In this document: positions 53,901 to 64,000 of the stretch, in pieces | How positions within the stretch are numbered: the first letter of the stretch is position 1 | Layout of the letters: each line of letters starts with the position of its first letter | Assembly: GCF_036588685.1 (NCBI RefSeq) | Contig: NC_086384.1 | Location: forward strand, 34,410,001 to 34,474,000 | Source of the DNA: Mytilus trossulus | Taxonomy: Eukaryota | Direction: 5' to 3' | DNA: 64,000 bases | Position numbers and translations under genes: made by a program | Notes under the pieces: model-generated | Database searches by the model: none | Seen by the model: only the letters and a program-made list of their open reading frames with translations | What the model was told of the DNA's origin: nothing

Positions 53901-56900
53901 GACAGGACTTATAACTATAGTCTAAACAAACAATATGCAGCAGAGAAAATACAACAAGAAATGTAATTGTCAGAAGATATCATTTCTCTTGTTTATCTGG
54001 CAAAGGCATGTCTTAAAATATATAAAAGTCATTGTCTTAGTGAATGTGATACTTAAATATGTCTTTAGGTGAAAGAAAATGGAACTTATAAAGATTAGTT
54101 TTAGATGAGCATGATCTTGAACCAAGTGAATGCTATTGTTTTAAATGAGGCTTATGTGGAGCCTCCCAGAGTGAGGCTCTTGTGGAGAGTTGTATCATTG
54201 GCAATATTCTTATATTTTAAACAGTCTTTAGACGTGTATAGTACATTATTTTTTCAAGTTATTTTTCTAATTTAAAAAAAAAAAAATCTCACAATTCACA
54301 ATTTTGAAGGGTGCGTATTTACAAAACTGCGAACTATACACAACTAGATACAGTATTTACAGACACAGCATGATTTGAAACCTCTTGTGGAGATTTGCAT
54401 AATTGGCAATCATATAATATACCACATCTTTATTTCTTATATTTGCAGACACTGTTAGTTTTGAAACAAACCAGCAGCAGAGCAAATGCAACAAAAAATG
54501 TAAATGTCAGAAGATATCAGTTCTCTTGTTTATCTGACGAAGGCATGTATCAAAAGTATAAAAGTCATTTCGGTACAAACTGAAGTAGACAATCTGAGCA
54601 TGGGAAATACATCTTGAGAAAAATTATATCTGCAAATTTCATGCATGCTAGACATAAATCAGCAGTAATTACATAAATTTTGTTAATTTTATCTTGCAGG
54701 AAACATGAGATAGGTAACTGTCAGAAGTGCATCAGTGATTTTTTTCACATCAGAATTTTACGTACATTGCATGTTATGTATGTGGGAAGGACAAACTGGG
54801 ATTTCCTTAATGATGTAACTTAAAAAACATGAAACAATGCAAGCAGATTTGTTTGTTTATCAATTATAGTAAAGAATATGCATGTTTGTTTGTTGTTTAT
54901 GGTAGACAGTACATATTATACATTTGTACTGTATCTTTACAAGTGATTTAGTACAAAGCAGAGGTGGATCTTAAGTTTGTTGATAATTAAGGGATGTATT
55001 AGACTTAAAATGAAGCAAAGACAAGCATGTCTAATTCTTCAATAAATGTGTACGGTTTTTTGGGGGCACAGTTGCAGGATTCTTCCCCTCTTAAATTCAT
55101 GTTTAAAATAAAGAAAAAGGCAAAAACTTTGTGTTAGTTAACTTGACTAAAAATCATAATATAACATTTAAAATTTACTCTCTTTTTTTTCTTTTTTTTT
55201 TAAATGTTAAACAAGAGTTCACACACTGAAATGTCTCACCTTCTTTACTAATCATTGATATTATGTTGAAAGTCCTAAATATAAATAAAGCTTTATAACA
55301 ACTGTCACATAAACCAAGTAAACTAAAAATTGACCTTTGAACCATGAAAATGAAGTCAAGGTCAGATGAACCATGCCAGGCAGACATGTACAGCTAACAA
55401 TTCTTCCAAACAACAAATATAGTGGACCTATTGCTTATAGTTTAAGAAAAACAGACTAAAACACAAAAACTTAACACAGAGCAAGGAACCATGAAAATGA
55501 GGTCAAGGTCAAATAAAACCTGCGCGACTGACATATAGATCATAAAATATTTCCATACACCAAATAAAGTTGACATATTGCATATAGTATTAGAAAAAAA
55601 GACCAAAACTCAAAAACTGAACTTTGACCATTCAACCATGAAAATGAGGTCAAGGTCAGATGACACCTACCAACTAGACATGTACACCTTACAATCATTT
55701 CATACACCAAATACAGTAGACCTATTGCATACAGAATAAGAAAAACAGACCAAAACACAAAAACCTAACTATAACCACTGAACCATGAAAATGAGGTCAA
55801 GGTCAGATGACACCTGCCAGTTGGACATGTAAATCTTACAATGTTTCCATACACCGAATATACTAGACCTACTGCTTATAGTATCTGAGATATGGACTTG
55901 ACCACCAAAACTTAACCTTGTTCACTAATCCATGAAATGTGAAAACTGTCTGACGGGTATGAGGACCTTGCAAGGTACGCACATATAAAATATAGTTTCC
56001 TATTACTTATAATAAGTGAGAATTTAACATTACAAAAAATCTTAACATTTTTTTCAAGTAGTCACTGAACCATGACAATGGGGTCAAGGACAGTGGACAT
56101 GTGACTGACAGAAACTTTGTAACATGAGGCATCCACATACAAAGTATGAAGCATCCAGGTCTTTTACCTTCTAAAAGATAAAGCTTTTAAGAAGTGAGCT
56201 AACACCACCGCTGCTGAAGCCGGATCACTATCCCTATGTCGAGCTTTCTGCGACAAAAGTTGCAGGCTCGACAAAAAAACATGCTATAAGAGTGGGGGGC
56301 AATAGGGGTTCCGTTAACATGTTAACAACACCTCGATTTTGGCAAAAACAGTTAACAATAATGCAAAAATGCTGATAATAGTTAACAAAATAGGTTGAAA
56401 ACAGTTAACAGCTTTAATTTGTCTCAGATAACAGTTAACAACACCTTGAAAAGGGCCAAAAAGGTTAACATAAAAAGGTATTGCCCCCCCCCCCCCTCTT
56501 ATAACTTCCATCACCAAAAAAAACAAGAAAAATGGAGAGATTATTTATAAGAAAGAAGAATTCTTATCATCTTATCTGTTATATTATGAATGTCATTATC
56601 AAATCCTTTCAATAGAGATTTATTCACCACACAGGCCTGTATATGTCAATTGAGACAAAGTTTATAGACACAAGAGATCAGATGGATTTACAAACAGTGG
56701 TATTATGAACCAGAGGAGGTATAAAATATGACCCTTCAAATAGATAAAACTATGTTTCTTTAAGAAAATTTAATAATTATTTCTAAATAAAAGAAAAGTT
56801 ATCTAGATGTTCTGTATGATTTGGTGAGTGACCTTCAGATTCACTGATGCATCAAAATATACTGAAATGGACCGCAACTGAATACATTTCATAAAGAACA

Positions 56901-59900
56901 TTGTCAGTTTCATTTTTTGTCCTGCTGGCTTCCCTTATAAAACTTCAAAATATTTAACTTTTAGTTTTTAAAAACATTTCATAATAATGGGTTCAAAAAT
57001 TATTCAGAGATGGTTGCTCAATAATTTTGAAAATTTTACAAAACCATAAAAAAAATCTGAATTAACAGGGGATTTTTTTCCATAAAAATACAAACAACTG
57101 CATTAAATTTACAAACATGTAGTACAATTCCATTCAATTGGGCTTATATTTTTTTTTAAATATAGTACAGACAAAATTTTACGAGTTATGCATTACTAAA
57201 TTGTTCTATAATTCATCTTTTTTTTTATCTAAATGTGTGTGCATTGATACAAGCATAGGTATGAAAAATACATTTATAATGTTGATGTGAAAAGTTCCCA
57301 TTCACAAAAGTTAAAAGTACAAAAAATGCATTAAAGCTGTGACCGTAGCAAAACTATTTTATGAACCATGATGAATAAACCCTAAAAAACTATAAATTAC
57401 TATAATAAATGTGATAATCCCTTTTCTAACATCATGCATTGTGTAAAAACTAACTTGAATATAAAATTGTGCACATATAAAAACTCATCCCCAAATGATT
57501 ACAGGTCAATAACTTAAAACCTATTCAAAGTTTGTTTTGTTATGAAAATATTTATTTTTCAAATTATATAAAGTAGATATTTTGTCTCAATAAAGATAAA
57601 TAATGATCTATAAATTATAGGATATTTAGTTACTTATCTATAAAACATATTTAACCTTTATTGTAATCATGCACACCTGGGAAAACGGTATAAAAAAATT
57701 TCAAACCATCATTTACAATTTCTTAGCAATGATTTTTTTTATGTGAGGAAATAATTTTTGTTCTTTGTTTGTGAGAAAAAGATCATTCATTCATGGTGAA
57801 AGATTTTTGAACTATATAAAAAAAATCTATACCAATATAATTCCCACGATTGCATTTAGTAAAGCTTAAATTTACTTCAGATAATTTTACGAAATCCAAA
57901 TTTTTTTGTGAATAACTGGTTATAGCAAATGCAATACAATGTATTACTAAAAACATTAAAGTTCATTTTTAAACTCATAATTTATAATACAAATGTACAA
58001 TATATTATATATTCATAAAATAAGTTTAAAGAATTTCTATAAATATATAACTATCATAAAGGCATGCTATAACATTTAAAATTCCAGACAAAATATGACT
58101 CATTCTTATAAAAACCACTGAACCCTAAAAATATTATCAAAATAGAAAATATGAAAAAAGCATAGCATGAATTGGTTGCTTTTACCATTGAGATAAAGAA
58201 CAGTCGATGGAAGGGTTAATGTTCTAGTTGAATCACTGTGACCTAGTATACAAAAAGATACATTTTGTGAGTCAACAACAATCTATAGTCTGCAATATTT
58301 AAAGAAGCACAGGCACAGATCCAGGATTTGATGTCAGAGAGGATCTCCGGAGATTTCAGAGTTAAGGGATCATGTACAAAGGACAAGGTTCACTTATGGC
58401 ACAAAATGGCCTAAAATATCAACGCTTTATTATAAAACACCAAAAAGGTCTCAATTTGGTTCGTAAATGGGTCTATTTCAAAGTTTAAATGCTAAATATA
58501 TCCATTCTTTTCAAAAGAGTACATAAATTTCTCCAAGGTAAACCCATTTGGGACATTTTGTTAAAATATGATGATTTCGTGCACTTTTCAGACCCAAGTT
58601 AAAGCTTTAGAAACACATTGGTATAATTTCTATAAAGATTTCATCAATATAAAAACTTTTTGGATTGTAGATGGCGGCCAAAGTTAATTATGCCAAAAAA
58701 AATTAAAATTTGGGAAAAAAGTACCAAAACTGACCTTTTCATACGAATTGTGTTTATTTAAGGGGTCATAGATCCATGAATTGTACAGGAAAGGGCCAGA
58801 AAAAATATTTTAGTCTTATTAGTATTATCACAAGTATTTCTATGTGAATTTTGTTAGTTTTTGGCCCGATTTAAAAAAACATAAAAAATTCAGGGCCAAT
58901 TTTAACTCTTTGTGACCCTTCTCCTTTGATGTATTTTCCTAAATATATCTTAGATTATCCACCTCAGTCCTCCACTGAATCTGTGCCTGATCTCAGACCT
59001 GTAATAGCTAGTAAAACATAATTAATCATAAGCCAACAATTATTATTCGAAACTATATATAGCACTGTAAAAAAAAAAAAAATATTGCCCCAGGATTGGA
59101 AAAATTCTCTATAAATCACCAGTTTTCTTGAATAAGGGTTGTACCAACACTACCTGAGCAGTTGTGCAGGTGTACATTAAGCCAGAGAATAAGGACTTCT
59201 TTAGAAGAAATTAAACGTAGGTAGGGAAGTTTGATTTCTTTTTTGTTTTGCTTTAATAATTTGCCTTTAGTCTCCTTGAGCATACCTGCCAACTGCCACT
59301 ATTTGAGGGGGATTTCCCCCATGGAGGCTCCCAAATTGAAAATTTGAAAGAGCAATTTTGTCCACAATTTTTAAAAAAAACAATCAAATTTTAGTGACTT
59401 TTGGCTTATAAAAGTATGAAAAAGCCAAATAACAACATTAAAATGTATTTAAAGGCCCACCTGAAGGTTTTTTAGGACTGTTGAGACATGTGATTTTGTC
59501 TCAAAATGTGCCAAAAAAACATTAGAATAGACATTTTGAAGTGTACAATTACAAATGGAAGATAATAGAAACTTTAAGAGCACTGGAATAGAAAATGGAA
59601 ATAAGGAATGTGTCAAAGAAACTCCAACGCAATCAAAAAAGTAGAAGTATTTTCACCTAAGTGTCAAGTTTATATACTATATATGGGTTTTAAGGGAAAG
59701 TTTGTTTCAAACTTTGTTAGTTGACAACACAGTTAATGCATCCTCATCATGCAAGAAAATAATATACATTTATATGTTTTAGGGTTAATTTTGCATTTAT
59801 TCATTGTCAATATCATCAGTTAATTTCAACCTGCTTATATTTAATTAGTTTTAGGGATACAGACTTACAAAATATATCTCCTAACAAAAACAAGTGCTTA

Positions 59901-60945
59901 CCTGAGAATGATCTGAAAGCAAAACCCACAGGGCTAGCTTTATACTGTCCAACTCGTCCATCATTCAGTGGTTTTTCTAGGGTTTGTCTTAAAACAGGTT
60001 CATCATAGTAACCTCGTGACGTTAAATCAAAAGTCGTCAGAAGAGATCCAGGTCTGAAAATTAACAAAAAAACAGGAAAATTATAGTTTCTACAATGCAT
60101 TTGATTTTTGAAACACACATTTTTGTCTCTGCAATTTTTTTCTTTATTATAACTGAGAACAGAACAAATATAAACCTCAAAAAGATTTACTATAAAAGTT
60201 TGAATTTCACAACTGCAGATGTTATAAAGCAATGCTGTCAAGTTTCATTTTATTCAAATCAGGGACAAAACTTAAAAGGGGCCCAGTCGCCAATGGCTCC
60301 TAGATTTTGAGCTGGGCCCCTAAACTTTCAGTTAAATTTCAGTTGAACATATAGAAACTAATTAGGAAATATCTGGTCTGGGCTCCTAGCTTGAAATTCC
60401 CAAGTTGTGTCCCTGCAAATGTAAGTGAATTAAGTTTTTTTAGCATTGGCAGTCCATGTGTTGCTTTTGGAAACCCAAAAAGAAAAAAAGGAAAGTGCAT
60501 CATAAAGATTTGTCGGAGATTTGAGATTGACAATCATGACGAATGTTTGACCTCTGCTTGTCTCCTGCTTTATTGTTGTTGAGTAGCTGTCCCATTAACA
60601 TACACACAACTCCTTTATTAATATACATACATTTGTGGATATCTATCTCATTATTAATTGAATAGCATGCTTTTGCACTTGTTTTAGATTGTGAATCAAA
60701 AAGTCCTTCCTCACAGAATGCTGTTCTTGTTGAAGAAAAATGATGAAAATTTATATTTAAATTGAATACTGGTACTTACTGAAATTGAATCACAACTACT
60801 TCCTGGGTACCAGGTACATTTATATATAAAGGTGTTAAGACATTCTGAATTTTTTCTGCTAAAGTTTTAAATTCATTACTGTCTCTATTAGATAATTCCT
60901 GTGTATATAAAATATCTGTGAAGTTCACGTCTACTCTGTATACCA
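2819..60945 (-). CDS. HSPG2: Perlecan (basement membrane heparan sulfate proteoglycan core protein), partial multi-exon gene: SEA - extra domain - 7xLDLa - Ig - 7xLDLa - Ig - LDLa
   Basis: 21 exons with AG/GT boundaries and compatible phases join with no stop. The SEA sequence (VYRVDVNFT...[12 protein letters not shown]...[13 protein letters not shown]) resembles the perlecan SEA domain as I recall it (VYFRALVNFT...IPGDQVVSVVF...YVTSPQGFQFRRL). SEA followed by LDLa and Ig is the perlecan domain I-II order. Confidence 0.88.
3410..4974 (-). repeat. 104-bp tandem repeat (15 copies) of the Ig-B exon 3' end plus its splice donor
   Basis: cttac (minus-strand GTAAG) at 3410, 3514, 3618, 3722, 3826, 3930, 4039, 4143, 4247, 4351, 4455, 4559, 4663, 4767, 4871. 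Confidence 0.95.
4876..5017 (-). CDS. HSPG2: Perlecan exon, Ig domain B second half
   Basis: 142 nt, phase 0-1: [47 protein letters not shown] (DAGDYIC motif). Confidence 0.9.
5876..6003 (-). CDS. HSPG2: Perlecan exon, Ig domain B first half
   Basis: 128 nt, phase 1-0: [42 protein letters not shown]. Confidence 0.9.
6653..6760 (-). CDS. HSPG2: Perlecan exon, LDLa 14
   Basis: 108 nt: [35 protein letters not shown]. Confidence 0.93.
7365..7472 (-). CDS. HSPG2: Perlecan exon, LDLa 13
   Basis: 108 nt: [35 protein letters not shown]. Confidence 0.93.
8145..8386. mobile_element. Palindromic MITE (TA-CAG ends)
   Basis: ttacagctaatttcctaatgcatgt ... acatgcattaggaaattagctgtaa. Confidence 0.7.
8433..8552 (-). 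CDS. HSPG2: Perlecan exon, LDLa 12
   Basis: 120 nt: [39 protein letters not shown]. Confidence 0.93.
9621..9893. mobile_element. 273-bp MITE, TTAA TSD (Kolobok-like), copy 1; appears nested in a TA-type MITE
   Basis: ttaa|ggtagtacctaatact ... agtgttgggtaccacc|ttaa; near-identical copy at 20110-20382. Confidence 0.85.
10027..10140 (-). CDS. HSPG2: Perlecan exon, LDLa 11
   Basis: 114 nt: [37 protein letters not shown]. Confidence 0.93.
10710..11130. repeat. Degenerate ~11-bp repeat (tggaatactca) abutting the LDLa 9/10 donor
   Basis: Many ggaatact(c/t)a and gaaataatc units ending at the donor GTGAGTATTCCA. Confidence 0.8.
11132..11374 (-). CDS. HSPG2: Perlecan exon, LDLa 9 and 10
   Basis: 243 nt: (C)[80 protein letters not shown]. 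Confidence 0.92.
11489..14399. mobile_element. ~2.9-kb non-autonomous DNA transposon, TTAA TSD (Kolobok-like)
   Basis: ttaa|agggaaaattcacg ... tgcgaagtttccct|ttaa; CpG-richer interior; no transposase ORF seen. Confidence 0.7.
14932..15036 (-). CDS. HSPG2: Perlecan exon, LDLa 8 (last Cys codon split T|GC)
   Basis: 105 nt: [34 protein letters not shown](C). Confidence 0.92.
15915..16822. mobile_element. Non-autonomous TIR element with TGT...ACA ends and 4-bp TSD (Ginger-like)
   Basis: aata|tgtaggactcaaatctat ... atagatttgagtcctaca|aata; ~60-bp TIRs with repeated aatctatgg. Confidence 0.75.
16840..16981 (-). CDS. HSPG2: Perlecan exon, Ig domain A second half
   Basis: 142 nt, phase 0-1: [47 protein letters not shown] (DxxxYxC motif). 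Confidence 0.9.
20110..20382. mobile_element. 273-bp MITE, TTAA TSD, copy 2
   Basis: ttaa|ggtggtacctaacact ... agtgttgggtaccacc|ttaa. Confidence 0.85.
20426..20553 (-). CDS. HSPG2: Perlecan exon, Ig domain A first half
   Basis: 128 nt, phase 1-0: [42 protein letters not shown] (B-strand Cys, C-strand Trp). Confidence 0.9.
20897..21989. mobile_element. Helentron-associated (HINE-like) element with internal 161-bp tandem array (~5.7 copies)
   Basis: acaagagg start, 161-bp period (ccat at 21277, 21438), terminal hairpin aaccg..attttt/aaaaat..ggtt then A-run. Confidence 0.65.
22718..22846 (-). CDS. HSPG2: Perlecan exon, LDLa 7
   Basis: 129 nt: (C)[42 protein letters not shown]. Confidence 0.92.
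23040..23198. mobile_element. MITE with 5-bp TSD (CTTAA)
   Basis: cttaa|caggcccgtagccagg ... cctggctacgggtatg|cttaa. Confidence 0.75.
23204..23756. mobile_element. 553-bp TTAA-TSD element inserted into the right TSD of the preceding MITE
   Basis: ttaa|ggtggcttggg ... cctgagccacc|ttaa. Confidence 0.75.
24476..24580 (-). CDS. HSPG2: Perlecan exon, LDLa 6 (last Cys codon split T|GT)
   Basis: 105 nt: [34 protein letters not shown](C). Confidence 0.92.
24878..25000 (-). CDS. HSPG2: Perlecan exon, LDLa 5
   Basis: 123 nt: (C)[40 protein letters not shown]. Confidence 0.92.
25158..25432. repeat. 44-bp tandem repeat (~6 copies) adjoining a degenerate SINE remnant
   Basis: Unit aagctattggctacatcatgatggctattctttacaggtagggg. 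Confidence 0.9.
25548..26426. repeat. 42-bp tandem repeat (~21 copies), G-rich on the gene's sense strand
   Basis: Unit caaacatcatctgtcacctagggtcacacccctccctaccac; starts ~19 nt after the LDLa 4 donor. Confidence 0.95.
26446..26556 (-). CDS. HSPG2: Perlecan exon, LDLa 4 (last Cys codon split T|GT)
   Basis: 111 nt: [36 protein letters not shown](C). Confidence 0.92.
27414..27622. mobile_element. TA-flanked MITE (Tc1/mariner-like); related copy at ~39995-40191
   Basis: tactgtaaattcagaaattatt ... aataatttctgaatgtacagta. Confidence 0.7.
27877..31101. repeat. 67-bp satellite with a 46-bp variant at the high-coordinate end (~3.2 kb)
   Basis: Unit ctgacttactgaacaaggagacagagtcatcatagcaatgcttatcttgtgagccagcatgctagca; 46-bp unit from ~30345. 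Confidence 0.95.
32184..32300 (-). CDS. HSPG2: Perlecan exon, LDLa 3
   Basis: 117 nt: [38 protein letters not shown]. Confidence 0.93.
33604..34593. mobile_element. ~1-kb non-autonomous PIF/Harbinger-like element
   Basis: taa|tgcagggttcacacatt ... aatgtgtgaccccagct|taa (TAA TSD). Confidence 0.7.
34961..35080 (-). CDS. HSPG2: Perlecan exon, LDLa 2
   Basis: 120 nt: [39 protein letters not shown]. Confidence 0.93.
35969..36035 (-). promoter_or_regulatory. SECIS-like element (type II) in the retroelement 3' UTR
   Basis: UCAUAU..AUGAU-GGUAUGAU-ACU-AAA-CCCC-UUAC-GGG-AAGG-AUUGUGCC-UGAU..AUAUGA: AUGA/GA core, 12 nt to AAA, paired helix II, apical mini-stem, helix I. Confidence 0.75.
36086..36622 (-). 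pseudogene. Penelope-like reverse transcriptase C-terminal fragment
   Basis: [58 protein letters not shown]...; no GIY-YIG domain follows before the stop. Confidence 0.85.
36717..39195. repeat. ~60-bp satellite (~41 copies); short copy at 35270-35420
   Basis: Unit gccttagccttgacagttagtatgagtttgaaaagccctttggtctgttttttgtttttt. Confidence 0.95.
39337..39610. mobile_element. Near-perfect ~270-bp palindrome / foldback MITE
   Basis: Arms catttcagtcagtatgtagcta...agtagact / agtctact...tagctacatactgactgaaatg with a short loop. Confidence 0.85.
40213..41478. mobile_element. HINE-like element with a two-copy internal repeat
   Basis: aaactagagg...gctcacct start; gctcacttggcc-tttt-aggccaggtgagc terminal hairpin plus A-run. 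Confidence 0.65.
41602..41727 (-). CDS. HSPG2: Perlecan exon, LDLa 1
   Basis: 126 nt, phase 1-1: [42 protein letters not shown]. Confidence 0.93.
42468..42809 (-). repeat. 84-bp tandem repeat (4 copies) of the extra-domain exon 3' end plus its donor
   Basis: GATG|GTAAGT donors after 42734, 42650, 42566 and 42482; frame open throughout. Confidence 0.95.
42734..43243 (-). CDS. HSPG2: Perlecan exon encoding an uncharacterised ~170-aa domain between SEA and LDLa
   Basis: aattacag|...|gtaagt, 510 nt, phase 1-1, open: [170 protein letters not shown]. Confidence 0.82.
46820..48311. repeat. 68-bp satellite (~21 copies), apparently derived from an adjacent SINE body
   Basis: Unit catacctctacacctgggcatatctggacagacacactgagccagatttggaactgttcccaggaaga; continues into a degenerate SINE-like stretch at 48312-48455. 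Confidence 0.92.
51296..51648 (+). mobile_element. tRNA-derived SINE, apparently full length, with a Deu/Nin-like central domain
   Basis: A box TGGTGTAGTGG, B box GGTTCGATTCC, central tcggaaggggacgataaa...gcacgttaaaga...ttcgaaaaagagtagg, (TAAAC)n tail. Confidence 0.8.
53443..53599. mobile_element. MITE with 5-bp TSD (ATAAT)
   Basis: ataat|cattggcagatccag ... ctggatccacccctg|ataat. Confidence 0.65.
55209..56279. mobile_element. HINE-like element with degenerate internal tandem repeats
   Basis: aaacaagag start, repeated gaaccatgaaaatgaggtcaaggtca, terminal hairpin tgtcgagc..ctgcgac/gttgcag.gctcgaca plus A-run. Confidence 0.65.
58186..58242 (-). CDS. Candidate 57-nt cassette linker exon
   Basis: ctttttgtatactag|...AATG|gtaaaa, phase 1-1, open: [19 protein letters not shown]; no domain support. 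Confidence 0.4.
59902..60053 (-). CDS. HSPG2: Perlecan exon, SEA domain second half
   Basis: ttttcag|...|gtaagc, 152 nt, phase 2-1: [51 protein letters not shown]. Confidence 0.9.
60780..60945 (-). CDS. HSPG2: Perlecan exon, SEA domain first half
   Basis: tttttcag|...|gtaagt, 166 nt, phase 1-2: [54 protein letters not shown]. Confidence 0.9.
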
Positions 60946-63900
60946 CTGAAAAAAAATAAAAAAGTATAATTTAGCAATGCAATTATTCAAATATGACTCC
61001 TTATTATAGGGAGGTAACTACATTATGTGCTATTAATGAAAAAAACAACTTAGCATGATGTACTAATTAACTACTGTGGGTTCATTTATTTTCTAGGGTT
61101 CTAATATTCATGAATTGAGGAAAACATTTTTGTGGATATTTAAACTTTCAGTTTTGTCAAAATCCACATACAAGCATATAGAAAATATCTTTTCAAATTT
61201 TTATCCAGGAAAATTAATTTCCCCACAAAAAATAATAAATCCACAGTATACAAATTTATGCAAAGCTTCATACATGCAATTATTAGATTAAATTCACTGA
61301 AACAAGTTTTTACGTTTGTTTATATTTATTTATTTTAATTTTTTTTTTGGGGGGGGAGGGGGGGAGGGGTTTTATTTGTGAGGGACTGATCTAAACAAAG
61401 CAAGTACAGGTGGACATTGCTATAATTATATTCAATTAAGTTATGCAGTGTACATATATAACAGTAAGACGATGTGGTATGACTCCTAATGAAACGAATC
61501 ATCACAAGAGACTAAATGACGTAGCTAAGGGACTCAAACAGCTTTATCTACACATAGTCGTCATTTTTCCTGAAACACAAAGCAATGATCTCATCAACAG
61601 TATGCCTTCTTCAAGCAAGACAACAAACTTGTTAGTTTCACTTACGATTATACGTTTATAAACTGTCATAACCATCATAAACCCCTTTTATTGTTAATTA
61701 AATCTTCATAAAAAAATTTCATCATTAAATAAGAGCTTATCATATCAATCTTTCTTTATACAATTGACATTGATTACAGACATCCATAAAGCTATTTAGA
61801 ACTGGCAAAATGTTATATTATACAATAAAACCAGATCATCTTATATGATACAGCAGAAAAAATAACCTGCTTGGAATTCTTCGTCTGATTATGACACATG
61901 TTTTGGCATTACAGTCTTCCTTAATTATTTCCCTGAATATTCGCCAAAGCTTGAAACTGTTACTGGTAGTTATATACACTACAAATACTTGCAAGGGACA
62001 AAATTAACTATTTTCTGCTGTTCAATTATTGAGATTATGTATGATTTCATGGTAAAATAAATCATTTTGCCAGATCTAAATATCTTAATGGTTTTGCCAT
62101 TGAAAACCTCTTGGTTTCTGCTTATAGTCACTTTTGCATACATGTCGAAAATTTCCATTAATACTTTTAAAAATAAGTAGTTAACTTATTCTTTTTTTTT
62201 ATTTAAAAAACCTGAGCTCAGACACAAAGTGAGCCTTGAAATTCGTGTTCTTCAGTTTCCATTTATAGGAGCAGAAAACAGACATACATCAATAAGGCTG
62301 TTTAACAACCCAAAGACTTCAGAGAAGTATTAAAGTGTGTCAGGGGGCCAAGTCCCTAGTCCCCCTCTTTTTTTTATCCTAGGTCCACATCTAGAATTAG
62401 TACATGAAAGTTAAAACTATCAAAAATTACTCAAGAAACATAGATATGAAAAAAAAGAACCAGATGGGTGATTTTTATACAAGAACCTGACTAAATAGCT
62501 CATATAAAATTGTAATTAAAGTAACATGTGGCAGCATTTCTGCTTTACATACAGCTTGTATATGTAAATCCATTTCAACTGATATTTTATAGTGTGTCTT
62601 TCTATATTGTCATGTTACACTATTGTTATAGGAAAGGGTGAAGGTTGGTACCTATTAAAATGTTTAAATCCTCTGCATTTGTTTGCACCTTTCCTAGGTC
62701 AGGAACCTGTGATGTTCAGTTAAAGTTGTTTGTTGATGTGATATCAATTTTTCTCATTTCTCATGTTTTATAAAGATTAGACTGTTGGTTTTCCTGTTTG
62801 AATGGTTTTACAGTAGTCATTTGTTTAGGCCTTTTAAAGCTTGCTGTTTGTTGTGTACCAAGGCTACATGTTGAATGTGTTACTTTGACCTCCTAAGTAC
62901 CGCTTGACCCAAATAGATGGTAAATTTCATACTAAATTTTTTATTGTTTTGAATCAAAAACTGTTTTGTATATATAATATTGCTAACAATGATTTTTTTG
63001 GCTAACAATAATTCTTATTCCAGAAATTTTAAACCATTAATTTATTGTTGGTTGAAATTAATGCCACTTTCATACCTAATGTCCTTAATTTTTGGGTCAG
63101 TTGTTATTGGTTAAAGCTAGAAACTCACAGAAAAGTGCCACCTTCTGCAGGAAAACTGACAATCCTAGTCAATTATTGATAATGGAGTCAATCCCACCTG
63201 CCATGTGCAGGGTTCCTTAAGATTAAGGATTAAATGAATTTCTGTTTACTTAAATCTCAAAAAAGAACTACCGTACTCATTCAATAGACATGATAGATAA
63301 GATTTTGAAATTAAAAAAGTTAAAGTGCAACAGCATATTTTAGGTTGCTTTTCTGTTAATCTATAACTGACTTTTGAGTTTCCCAGAGTTCTGCCTTAGC
63401 ACTAAGAACTTCTGGTTTAATCATCATATATATATTTCTTTATCCATTTCGGATAAGATCAAATTCAAAACTCACAATTTTCCAGACAAATAAGTTACAC
63501 TTGAATGGTTTTAGGGTGAAGTTTTCATAAGCATGCAATTTGATAATCATGAAAAAATATTCTGACAAAACAAGGTCAAGGACTAATATTATAAGTTCTA
63601 TGGTTTGCTACTGACCCCATACGGATCCATAGGGGGTGAGGCCGTAGGCCGAGTTACCTATGAATTTTATTCACCCTCTATGGATCCGTAGGGGGTCAGT
63701 AGTTAACCGTATAACGGATTTATCGGATGCTGGACTTTTTCTGCGGTGTTTTGTTGAAAAATAAACAATGAAACACAACAACATGAATAGATGACGGCGC
63801 CATTAACGCGTCACGAACCCCATATGAAACTTACTAACCCCATACGGTCTCATAGGGGGTCACCATGTGACGGCGTTTAACCAATCACAACGTGATAATT

Positions 63901-64000
63901 CATCTGGGGTCAGATAAATTTTATTGTAATATTTAACCAAACATATTTTACAATATAACTCTAGTGGATTTTTCATAGATTCACAAAAAGGTAGTTTAAA

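Noticed and set aside
61646-61662. AG...GTAAGT-bounded 17-nt segment
   Set aside because: Not frame-preserving and no recognisable peptide.
63590-63925. Repeated palindromes (accccatacggatccataggggg) with ctgacccca/tggggtcag ends
   Set aside because: Probably a small mobile element, but I could not fix its termini or a TSD, so it is not called as a feature.

Overview
AT-rich animal genomic DNA; the repeat families suggest a bivalve mollusc such as Mytilus (inference). The window holds the 5' coding part of one large minus-strand gene, perlecan (HSPG2/trol). I reconstructed 21 GT-AG exons that join into a stop-free frame: SEA (2 exons) - an unexplained ~170-aa single-exon domain - 7 LDLa - Ig - 7 LDLa - Ig - LDLa. 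The gene continues past both window edges. Introns are full of MITEs (TTAA, TA, TAA, 4-, 5- and 6-bp TSD types), Helentron-like elements, SINEs, a deleted hAT element and a 5'-truncated Penelope-like retroelement with a SECIS-like hairpin. The most striking pattern is that tandem repeats repeatedly start at, or amplify, the gene's own splice donors. One 84-bp array gives four in-frame, stop-free donors, each adding a 28-aa unit with an N-glycosylation sequon. A 104-bp array gives 15 donors. All coordinates and translations were read by eye; family names come from recalled motifs, not database searches.
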